A stretch of DNA of 45,855 nt from the NCBI RefSeq assembly GCF_001194135.2, contig NC_068981.1:37018198-37064052 (forward strand). Direction: 5' to 3'. The DNA comes from Octopus bimaculoides. Lineage: Eukaryota. The notes beneath the pieces were generated by a model, which ran no database searches, was not told the DNA's origin, and was given only the letters and a program-made list of their open reading frames with translations. A program made the translations under genes and the position numbers. This document shows positions 34,615 through 45,855 of this stretch, one piece after another. Each line of letters opens with the position of its first letter. Within the stretch, counting starts at the first letter, position 1.

Positions 34615-35800
34615 TGATGTAGACTGCCTCTACCTAGAACGAAAACAAGGCGGAAGAGGCTTAACAGCGATCCAAAATGTCTTTGAATGTTGCTTCAAAT
34701 CCCTTCGGTAACATCTTTTAACCACTAAGTGTTGAAGTGCATCCTGTGACCAAGTTTGCATACATGAGGTTGATAACATCATAAGACTTGGAAGGCAACT
34801 CCTTGAGCAATACTCTTTGTCTGATAACCTAGAATATATGCCCAAAGAAATCGCACGAGTCTACTGCAACATATCATCAGATGAAAGGATGAGCCTATAT
34901 GAGCAGAAGGCTATGCATGGTTATGTTAATAAAAAGCTCCGTAATGATAGTAACATCGATCATCAAAGTAGTTTATCATGGACCAATAGCCGGATTACTA
35001 CCTCCCACTTTGAAGGGTATGCGTTTGAAATCCAGGAACAGGAAATATCAACCAAGTACCTGATGCACAAAAGGGACAGAGATGCAGGTAAAGCTGTAAA
35101 GTGTGACAACCGTTGCAGACATTGTGGAGTTCACACTGAAGATATCATCCACATCATAAGCAGTTGTCCGAAAATGTCATCACAGTATTATCTATCAATG
35201 AGACATGATGTTATAGCTAGGACACTCTGTAATGAAATCCATCAGAAGGATAAATCCGAGGACAAAGAGATAAGAACCCACAATATGGTAGAAGCTATAG
35301 CCACTAATAATGAAAAGGAATACTGGTGAAGACCTCAGTAAGGAAAACCAGTGAAGGCCTCAATAAAATGTAAGCACAACAGACCTGATATAAAGATTTG
35401 GGATAGAGAAGAGAAACTGTGTACAGTTGTGGAAATTAGCTGCCCAGCAGATGTTAACATAAAGCTGAAGATCGGTGAAAAAGAGAACACCTATGCTGAA
35501 CTATTGAGAAATCTGTAGTTACTCTATCCAGATTACAATTTCATGTTTATACCTTTAATTATTGAGGCCCTGGGATATGTAACACACTGCCTAAATAACA
35601 ATCTTGAGAAATTAGGCTTCTCAAAACCAGAAAGGAGAAATCTAATTGGAAGACTACAGATCCAATCCTTCACTGGAACTGTAAAAATCTGTAAGACTTT
35701 CCAGAAGTTTATCATTTAAATATATGTGAGCATATCAAGATATGCAACTATGTGCATGAGAATACCTACATAAAACATACAAATCTGCACATACATACAT
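34615..35800 (+). mobile_element. 5'-truncated R4/Dong-like non-LTR retrotransposon with restriction-like endonuclease
   Basis: One frame, 34616-35719, with a few stops: DVDCLYLERKQGGRGL; QEQEISTK; CRHCGVHTEDIIHIISSC (CCHC); RHD; RPDI...VEISCP...KE (PD-(D/E)xK); LGY...; then a short 3' UTR and (TACA)n. Confidence 0.9.
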
Positions 35801-36139
35801 ACATACATATATATACAAATCCTGTGAAACAATCCAACTCATGCCATCTTAGTAAACAGATGTTAAATGGTGTTGATGATGATATATACGTAATATGTAC
35901 ATAAGTGAATGTGTGTGTGTGTATGTGTGTTTGTGTATGAGTGTGTGCTTATTTAAAGCTTAGGATTTATTCTGTTACTAGTCTCTATACTGTATTTGTC
36001 ATTTCCAGTCTTCATATCAACAGTATGACACCTCAGATAAACTCTTCCATATGAATAATGAGTATTCATTCTCTTATGTAGACCAAAACCCACATTACAC
36101 ATGCATGCACATACAGAGTTATATGCAGATATAGAAGCA

Positions 36140-36475
36140 TTGTCTATATGTACATACATATACATACACACATGTACATATACATATACATATATCTACA
36201 CACACACACACATATAAATATATATATACATATATGCACATTTTTGTAATTCAGTGTGTAATAGAGATAAATATTATTTAAATAATTAAATTATGTATAT
36301 ATGTATGTGTTTGTATGTATGCATGCGTATATATACATACATATATGTATATGTATACACACACAAATACACACACATTACATATATACACATATACATG
36401 TATATGAATGTGTGTATGTACATGCATACATATGCATATATGCATGTTATGTGTTTGTATGACTACAAGTATATA
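36140..36475. repeat. TA/TG/CA-rich low-complexity tract
   Basis: Direct reading. Confidence 0.85.
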
Positions 36476-38210
36476 TGACCATTAAAATAAATCTTAGACC
36501 AATTTTGTTGATATCCTAAAGACATAAAACTATTTACCAAATCCAAATCCAGCAGTAAAGACAATAGCAGGAATAGCAGGACAGTAACAATTTTGGTATG
36601 GTAATATCAACAACGGGAAATAATTTTAATAACAGTCACTTTTTGCTTGAAGCTAAAATTCATAACAATGAAAATGAAATTAAAAAAAAAAGAAAGAAAG
36701 AAATTAAATAAGTATGATTTGCATAAATGTATATTTGCTATGCCCAGTTTCCAATTATGGAAGCAAATAGGTTTTATTTTCATAAACATCTTTTGTTTAT
36801 AACATATCTCCATTTTTATTTCCTTAAGAGGGACAACTTGCATTATTAGTATTTTCTTCATTAAGAAAAATAATATTCCATCATGCTTCAGGAAAACTAA
36901 TATAAAATGGATAAAATAAAAGTGAGAGAATGAGTTTTGGTTTCATTGCAGCTAATGTGCTGGACTACTTACAGTACACATGATGATAAATACAAACTTT
37001 GTAACAGCCATAAGCTAAAATCTTTGTAAAAGTTGCTTCACTTGTAATGGATTGCACTAACAGTTCACAGTTAAATTATTAGGTGTCAAATTGGTAGAAA
37101 CGTTAGAGTGGTTGATAAAATGTCTCACTATATTTGTTTCAGTCATCTGTACTCTAAGTTCAAACACCACTGAGGTCAGTAAAAATTCTTTTGAGGTCAA
37201 TAAAATTACTGATCCAAGCCTTGTATCAGTGAAGTTGTAGGAAGATTTGGTGAGGTATCTTATGGTATCTGTTTGGGTTCTTTATGTTCTGATGGCAACA
37301 TCTATGAAAACTGATATTATACTGTAATGGCCCATGTTGGTGGGCTTCTCTTTGGTAAAGATTAGTGGTATGGAGAGAGGAAATTTGTAACCAGAGGCAA
37401 CTAATAGTCTTCCTCAAAAAATCTTGTCATGGTCTGTGCATACATGCACAAATGACTGCATGTTAACCAAAAGTATAAATAGTAGCCCTAATTGTCCTTA
37501 GAACAAAGTGACCAATAACAACAACAACAAGACGTAAAGAAAACAACAAGCATTAATAATTGATACTTGGTAAATTTAAAATGGAAAAACAAAATGTTAA
37601 AATATAACAAGAAATATGAAAATGAATGAAAAATATAAATGGATAGAGAATTGAGGAATAAAAGAATAGTAAGAAAATTAACTGCGAAGATAATAAATTG
37701 GTTTTATAAAGAAGAGTTATTATCAGGAAGAAAATGGTATAACATAAGAGGAAAGAAGGCAACATGATGAAGGAAAAACATCTATTGAAACAAACAAGAA
37801 ATGATAGTACAGGAATAAGTGAGATATCGACATATCACATTAGAGTGAAATTGAAATAGATTTCTATTGAATATAAAAGAAAACAATAATAATAAAAACT
37901 CAGAGTAGAACATCGAAAGAAGATGAAACAGTGGGGAGAAAATATGCCCCAAAGGTAACAAATAGCGTTAATGAATGAAATAAAGTCACCCTGTGAATAA
38001 AAGTGCTTAAGTTAATTATGATATAATAAATAGACTTATAGAAAATGCTGTCAATAAAATGAGATAAAGAGAGTGAAAAGAGGAAGACTACATTGATCGC
38101 ATCTCTTGACAAGCAACATCTATTTCCCTCACATTATCTGATCACATAAAGGTAGGAAGATATAAGCACGTTTAGCAGATTCTCTCTCTCTATCTCTCTC
38201 TCTCTCTTTA

Positions 38211-38241
<31 letters not shown>

Positions 38242-38434
38242 TTAGATATATATGTGCATGTGTGTGCATTGGTACATAAATATGCTTATGCATGTATGCA
38301 TGTCTTGGTATGTGTGTGTGTGTGTGTATATGAGTGTGTATGAATGTATATATGTATACATGTATTACAGACTGAAACAGAAAGAAGGTATACACACACA
38401 CACACACACGCACACGTATATACATGCATGTATA

Positions 38435-39290
38435 TACAGGATGTTCAGGCTAAATTTGACAATTTGAACAAATGGGAAGGAAAACACAATATTCACTTCA
38501 AAAATGAAAGTATTTTCGAAAAATCAAAAATATCAACTAGGTTATGGCTGGGAGATAAGAAATTATTGAAAGTAGCTGCACTCAGCTTCCACCACACCCT
38601 CAAGACACCCCCAGAACCTTGTGTATGCATTGTTTACTGTGTCCCTGGGGAGATCTTCAAACACCTTCTTGATCTTAATCACCAGCTCAGCTTTGGTGTG
38701 ACAGCCACAGCAGCTGGTGTCTTTCTCAATTGTGCCCCATGCATAGTAACCCATGGGATTACAATTGTTGAATTTAGGAGGCCTGAAATTGAATCTGGTG
38801 AAGTCATAGAAATTCTCTAACAATACCTATGACTCTTTCTGGAGGTATGGCAAGGAGGCAAATCCTGCTGCCACACATGACCTTCCAGCAGCAGTCCTCT
38901 CCAGCTGGAGATTGACTACAATCTCTAGCAGTGTTGCATAGCCATCTGAATTGACTTAAGGCCCTGTTTATCAGCTGTTTGATGAATTCTGGCATGCAGA
39001 GGCAGTTAGAATGCTGGCTGTGTCCCCCTACTGGCCATGGCTTTATAGACTTCATTGCAGCTGTCCAAGTCAAATCTTACAGCCGTTATCATGTTCCCAA
39101 AGCATTGAGCAGCAGTCATAATGTGAGCATTTTGATACCAGGCACAAATCATCATGATACAGGTAACTCTTTTCCAATATTCAGATGGCTTCCAGTCCCT
39201 CATGTTAGCTAATTTTTTCTCAGCTACAATTTTAATCTTTATGCACTTCAATCAATGCATCAAGCTGTTCCTGAAGAAAAAAGACCTAAA
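38435..39290 (-). mobile_element. Second DD37D/maT-like Tc1/mariner element, decayed
   Basis: TA-CAGGATG terminus; minus frames give MRDWKPSEYWKR..., VWQQDLPPCHTSRK, ...CNPMGYYAWGTIEK..CHTKAELVIKI...LEGVVEA. Confidence 0.85.
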
Positions 39291-42258
39291 TAATCATCAA
39301 ATTTAATATTCCATAACATACATATGTAACACACACACACACACATATATGTGTATGTCTCCTTGTTTTGACATAGCATGATAATTGTAAACAAGAGTCA
39401 CCTACATACAAGCAGTGTCTTTTGTTTCCAATTTCCTCTGAAAATATGTCTGGTCATGGGGGAAATATTGTCTCATAGTTGTTAATATATTATACTTTTC
39501 TTCAATACATAGGTTTCACTTCTTATTTTTGTTCATGTATGGCTTAGCATTTTGTTCTAATGCTCCAAATTACTGTAAATTTGTTGTTTTCTCTGTAGTT
39601 AAATCTCTTGATATATTGAGAGATTGATGAAGAATTTATTTTGTCTTTATATTAAAGAAATGTATATATTATACATGTTGGAAAGATTTCTTGTTGCCTG
39701 TAAGCATTCTATTTCCATAACATCTATTTTTACAGTAACCTTATATTTTACTATATTTGATGTGCACTTTGCATGTAGCAGACAATTCAATATATTCATT
39801 CAATTGCTTTCAAACAATTTAGGTGATGTCTCATTTTAAGGGCTTGGTTATGGTAGAATATCTGGAAGCCTATTCTTTATTTAGATGTCTGTTACTTTTG
39901 ATTCTAATTTCTATTAAAGATCTTGTGTGTTTCAGGATGAGATCTATATTTATCAAAGATTAGAAATTATGTTTTCTATGACTGTAGAAACATTTATAAT
40001 ATATAAAGAAATCTTTTTTCTCTTCCTTAATGTAATCTTGTGTACATTGTTCAATGTACTTCAAATATTCACTAAAAAATATCCACTTTATTTGAAAGCT
40101 GCATTATAATGAGGGGTAGCCTTATTGATTATTATTATTAGATTTGTTATTGTTTTACTCATATTTTGTTCAAGAGTTTTTATAACCAAGTGGGAAGAAG
40201 TCTTTGTTAATGTATATTTTTTCTTCACTTGTTTTTTGGTAGTATTGTTGACAATTTCACTTGGTGAACAGACGTCTACAACAGCAAAAATGGCACTGCA
40301 AAGACTAACATTACATGAATGCTCAACATATGGATATATTTGGGAAAGCATTAGTAGAAATATTTCAGGAATATGATTTAAAAATCATTAACAATATCAA
40401 TCAAAGGAACAAATGTTTGAAATATCACATTAAATTTAACTACGTATAATTAATTGGCTTATGGAAAGACAATCCTCTCACAATCATAAATCTTGATAAG
40501 TAACATCAATAAGGTAATATCTAACCTATCTTACTAGTGGAACATTTAATTAAGGCCTTTAAGGCATTTGATTATGTATTGTTCGTATATCTCCCTGGTA
40601 AACTATGTGCATATGGGCTCCAGACCTAGTCTTTTGGGTTGCAAACTTCCTGTCATCATGTACCATTCTAGCATGAGTAAATTGGGCTCAGCATTTCTTT
40701 GAATATGCCTTGATCCAAGGCTTGATTATTTGAATCACATTTTCTTGCTTGTACATGACTGAATTATTTGTAGACACCTCAAATAATTCTCACTCTTATA
40801 GAGATAATACTGTCCAAGTCAACATTTTAATCTTTCACGCACAGGTGACATCCGTGTCCAGCTCAGAACCCTCATGTCAAGCATGCATTGTCTTATGAAC
40901 AGAAAATTTGAAGAATTCGCTAGTGAGGACATGATAGTTTTGTCTCCTTTAACAGTACAAAAGTACAATCATGGATTTGAAATGAAATCACTGTTGCATG
41001 CAAAAAAAAACATTCCTGACTGCATCCAAAACGAAAGATTGATCATCAAGTATTCTGTCACTCACATGTTACAATCACTGTCCTACAACTGTGCTCTATT
41101 TTTACTCTGCATCCTTTATCACTGCTACAACAGTCTTTTCTCTTCAAAACTAGTTATTTGTATATTACCTCCAACCAAGTCATCCCGTTGCATTGCGCCT
41201 CCACAAATCTTTTTCCCACAATATTTTTCTAACATCCCAGATTCTCCTTGTGTCCATTCACTACATTCTTCTCTATCCTCCTTCTCCCACTCTCTTTTTT
41301 CAATCTCATAAACATACTCAGCAACTCACCCTATCAAATTCCTGGTCCACTTCACTGTATACACCTTACTGTTACTTGGGTGTATGCCCCAGCACCTCTT
41401 CACCATCTTATGTCTCTTGTCTCTCTCTCCACTCCCCTCTTTCTTTTTTCTTTCTTTTTTTCTCCTCTTTTTTCTCCCCCTCTCCCTCTCTCTCACCTAT
41501 TGCAGTAGCCAAATATCTTGCCTGTTGCAAGACACCCCAGTTCATGCTTTAACTTCTCATCACCTGGCACAAAGCCACCTCTCTAAGTAGTTTGTAAGTT
41601 ACCTCACTGCTGTTAGTGTCATTTAAAAAGTGCCCAGTACACTGCATAAAGTATTTGGCACTAGGAAGGGCATCCAGCTGCAAAAGCCACGCCAAACCAG
41701 ACAGTAGAGCTTGACACAGTCTACTGACTTGCCAGCTCCTGTCAAACCATTCAACCCATGCAAACACGAAAAGAGGATATTAAGTGATGATGATTTTGTG
41801 TCTATCCTTCCAGGAGCTACACCAACCAATTTTTCCAGTAAATTCTTCTCAGAACTCCAAATTTTGTTTTTCCAGTGGGTGATGACTTTCAATTGTGCAA
41901 GCTAAATTCAACCATATCATTCTTAGACTAGCAAAAACTGTGAAAATTATGGCTACAGTCCTTTCCTAATGAAGTAGTTAAAAAAAAAAATAATAATAAA
42001 GAGTGTAAAAAATAAAACAAGCAACATATCAGAACTAAGAAAATATGCATCACCTGGTTTAATTGCACTTATAATAAGAGTTCAACATTCACTAAAGCTT
42101 GTAATTTCCTATCATTGATAAACAAAAGCTTTTCTCTTTACTCTTAAATATCATGAGCAGTTTAGCAACGGGAATTTAGCAGGAGTAGCTTGTAAAAGAT
42201 CTGCATCCAAAATATTCCACCACAATCAAAGTCATAGAATGCTCAAATTCAACTGAAC

Positions 42259-42340
42259 TCCTATGTAGCTCTTTTCTGCAAAGTTATGTACAGTTATGTA
42301 CAGAGCAAAAATAATATTTGCAGAAAAGAGCTCTATAGGA
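42259..42340. repeat. 24-bp inverted repeat (2 mismatches) around a 34-bp spacer with tandem GTTATGTACA
   Basis: TCCTATGTAGCTCTTTTCTGCAAA (42259-42282) / TTTGCAGAAAAGAGCTCTATAGGA (42317-42340). Confidence 0.8.
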
Positions 42341-45300
42341 ATTATGGAGAACATTCAAAGAAGATGCATCAACACAACAGATTCATTCTTTCGAATCTCA
42401 AGACTGAATAAAATTCATCTTTATCGTGGTATCACTGAAAACTGATGGATAACAATTGACAACATTCTTATAAGATGGAGTACTTTTGAGACTGCAATCC
42501 AATATTCCAATGGATCAAAGTGATTCATGAATGTCTGACCAAAATATGTTACATCTTAATGCAATCTTTTAAGATGTGAAAATGAAAAGTCAAAATACCT
42601 TTCTTGTGTAATCGTACAAAAAAAAAAATACCTACTAACAGAATAGGTAAGTATTCTTACCGCTAACCATAATGGTTATTCATCACATACATCCTGCAAC
42701 ACTAACATAGCTGTAATTTTTCCTCTGTATCATACTTATTACTGCATTGTATACTTGACTAATTCCTACATAATAACAATTACCTTCTCTTGGAGACAAT
42801 AAAATAAAATATTTCTATAAGAAAAACCCACTCAGTGTCGACAGTTCTTGATTTTACGATGTTGCAACATTCCCAAAACATTATCAGCTGACTAAAGCTC
42901 TAGCTATGAAAACACATAATATGACATATCCTGTTTTCCTGCAATGAATAACCACATTCACTCTTTCATCTTTTCATTATCTGAAGAAATTTATGTAGCA
43001 AGAAACTCTGTGAAGCGATTGAGTAAATCATCATTTTTCAAATGAATACACACACATATATATATATATATATGAAAAGATATATATATGTGTGTGTATG
43101 ATATATACACATACATACACACATACACATATGTAAAGCTAATCTTTAATATGATGATATGAAATATATGTCATTGCAAATTTTTTTGTATCTTAGTCTT
43201 TTGTTAATAGGAAATTTTAAAGATACAGCTGTTCTTTTTGATTCTTGAGGTAATGCTGTCAAGATTCAGACCTTACTACCTAATTTTTCCCAAAGGACTA
43301 CATGTTTACACCTTGTATATTTGAATATATACCTTTCTTTTAAGACTACATTTAAAATCATAATGTCTGGTTAACTCTGCTTGTAATCACGTGCTTATCT
43401 CAAAGCTTAACCCATGGAATTGTATGTTCATGTCATAAATGAATGTTGAAACTACAAATGGCTTAGCAACGGCCCCTAATCTTCCTGACTGTATTCTATA
43501 CTTGAGGAGAGTGGATAATTGCAGCATTTCCAATACATGCAAACTCAAATTGCAATCACAGGTCTTACCCAAGCGTTAGGCTGAAAACAGTGTTTGGTAA
43601 CTGCTACAGCCCTTTGCTCAAATGGATCTGTGGTGTCTCATGTGTCCCCTCAGTCATGATAATATGGTTAGCATTTTGCATTGTTCATGGTACAAATATT
43701 AGAATCTGACCAACATGTACAAGCTGCTGTGCTTTGTATGAGGGTCCAGGCATATAATGGCTTCATACGTTTTGATAAATTTGACTTTGTTTAGGAACAG
43801 GTGATAGTTAGCCACAGGAAAAACATCTGGTCATAAAAAATCTGCCTCAACAGATTTTGTCTGACTCATGCAAGAATAGTAAAGTGGATGTTAAATCAAG
43901 ATGATGACGATGATGATGATAATGTCAAAACATCTGTTTCAGGCTTCAGCTGGTGTTACTTTTGTCACTGCAGAGTGATATCTGATCCAATGGATGTGCT
44001 TGTTCCATCAATATAAATAATAACACATTTCTCTGTTCTCCACATCAGAGAATAAAGCAGCAAAGCATTAAGATATTTAGCTCTTCTCAGCAGTTGAGTT
44101 GATCAATAAAAACAAGCATTTTCCTTTAATACTTGCTATATTGCTTTCAGTTTCTGAGTTTGGCACCAGAGGAGAACCAGTGCTGAATATAGCAATCTGA
44201 AAGAGAACAAATGTTTTTATACAGCATCAATTAAATCTACGAAATGTCAATATTAATAAAACAAAAACATATGATTGTCACAGCAATACTAAATATATTT
44301 ACATGTGCAGAATTTATTAATTCATACAAAACGGCTGTTATCTATAGTCAGCTTCAGATCTTCAGTTATATGCTTTCACTTTCAGGAAGAATATACCAAT
44401 GATCATGGCATTTAAATTTCTGTTGTAAAAGTAATGAAATCAGAAATGTTTTGGTTTACTGAGCCAAAGGATATCAGTCAACAAAGACTGCAAATCATGA
44501 GCCAGCAATAGAACATCAGCAATAGAACATCTGGTTACTTGACCAGATAGGAACTGCAACCCAGTCTCCTTCAAATCCCATCATACCACATTGGATAGTA
44601 GTACAAGCTACACTGAAAAATGATATGATAGTCATTACTAGAATACTTTTGATCACAGTTCTGTTTGATGAGACATGACCCAAAATAAAATTAAAAAAAA
44701 ATATTGCCAATGAACTTTGCTTTTGTATGCATGGATATTTTGATATCAGTAACTTTTCTTTCAGCATGGATTGTACACCCTACTTTAAATTATTAAAATT
44801 AACCATCTGGAGACTTTTCAAAGTATTTTTCCTGGTTTGGTAGCAATGTTAATTATCAATTGTTACAAAAAAAAAAAAAGAAAAAGGAAAAAGAAAATCA
44901 AGCTTTCCTCCTAACACAATTATTATTTGATGACAGATTAAAGTCCAGACCCCAACTTGTTTTAAAAAATTAATTTTATATTTCACTGAGTGCAGTGTGA
45001 TCTAGTCACCTTATATTTTAAAATCAGATCATCAAAAAAAAAAAAGAAGTCACTTGGGAAACTCAATTAATGTTTAAAAATTTGGTGCATGTAATCTTTT
45101 ACCCAACACAGGATTAAAAAATATTTGAACATCATCTGGTTTCATAAATATTTTTTATATCATTATTCAAAGATTTCAATTTATACTTGTACGCAACATT
45201 GAAACGGTTTAGAATTTTGTTCTCTACCACATTTCCTTCGTGACTTTTTATTTTGATCATTCAGTAACTACATTGCCACTCTTGCATGCATGCATACACA

Positions 45301-45855
45301 TATATTCATGTGTGTGAGTAGATCTCCCTCTCTCTCTCTACAACCATACACACATATACATACATTCTACAATTGCAATCAAATGTTTGTCTTGTTCTAA
45401 TTTAACCATCAATGTTCTCCACGGTTTCAAATTTAGTACTTTAGTATTTTGTTGTATTCTAAATATGATTGCAATTGTAGAATTTTTCTTACTCTCTTGC
45501 TTGATTTACCCCTAACCTGCTGTCCATTACTACTTAATCTACCTTCCTCTAAATTGAAATTACTGCTATCTTACCCCTCCAATTAGAATATATAGAAATT
45601 AAATTCATGTTTGATTCACTAGACTGTTGATTAACAGTCCAATCAAGATGGTAATTTTCTTCTTCTCCTACTCTTGTTTTTGCACACATCTACAAAATGA
45701 CTTTCTAAAATGAACTTCCATTATGCAGCTGAGGAGTACATTTTCATTGCACATTTTATGTGGTGTTCCCACTGCATAAATAAATGAAGTTTGTACAAAA
45801 CGTACGTACTGCTATAACCTATTGAATTTTTGTTGCTTTTCTTCAAATATATATA

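Noticed and set aside
37290-37357. Rhomboid-like AHVGGLLFG motif followed by a GTAAAG donor
   Set aside because: In-frame TGA just upstream with no intervening AG acceptor; no other rhomboid motifs found
40874-41311. 145-aa plus-strand ORF
   Set aside because: No recognisable domain; runs into a pyrimidine-rich repeat

Overview
AT-rich eukaryotic DNA with abundant microsatellites and six N-gaps. The repeat content (tRNA/CORE-type SINEs, RTE-type tails ending in (ATG)n, Penelope-like remnants) suggests a coleoid cephalopod, probably Octopus; this is an inference from memory of such repeats, not a database result. I cannot support any intact host protein-coding gene. Almost every ORF in the track is a microsatellite read-through or a decayed transposon frame. 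Recognisable mobile DNA: (1) a TIR-bounded, internally deleted DNA transposon at 1098-1835 with a SAP-domain + SWIM-finger ORF and an AT target duplication, best matching ISL2EU (PIF/Harbinger-related, YqaJ-exonuclease accessory gene); (2) two decayed DD37D/maT Tc1-mariner elements; (3) LINE fragments of RTE, Tx1/L1-like, CR1/L2-like and R4/Dong (restriction-like endonuclease) type; (4) Penelope-like GIY-YIG remnants; (5) many SINE copies. The most unusual signal is a scattered set of minimal type I hammerhead-ribozyme-like motifs. Two of them have compensatory (G3:C8 and U3:A8) catalytic-core variants and sit inside fold-back inverted repeats, and one lies directly downstream of a tRNA-like Pol III head. 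Most element boundaries are approximate because the copies are degenerate.
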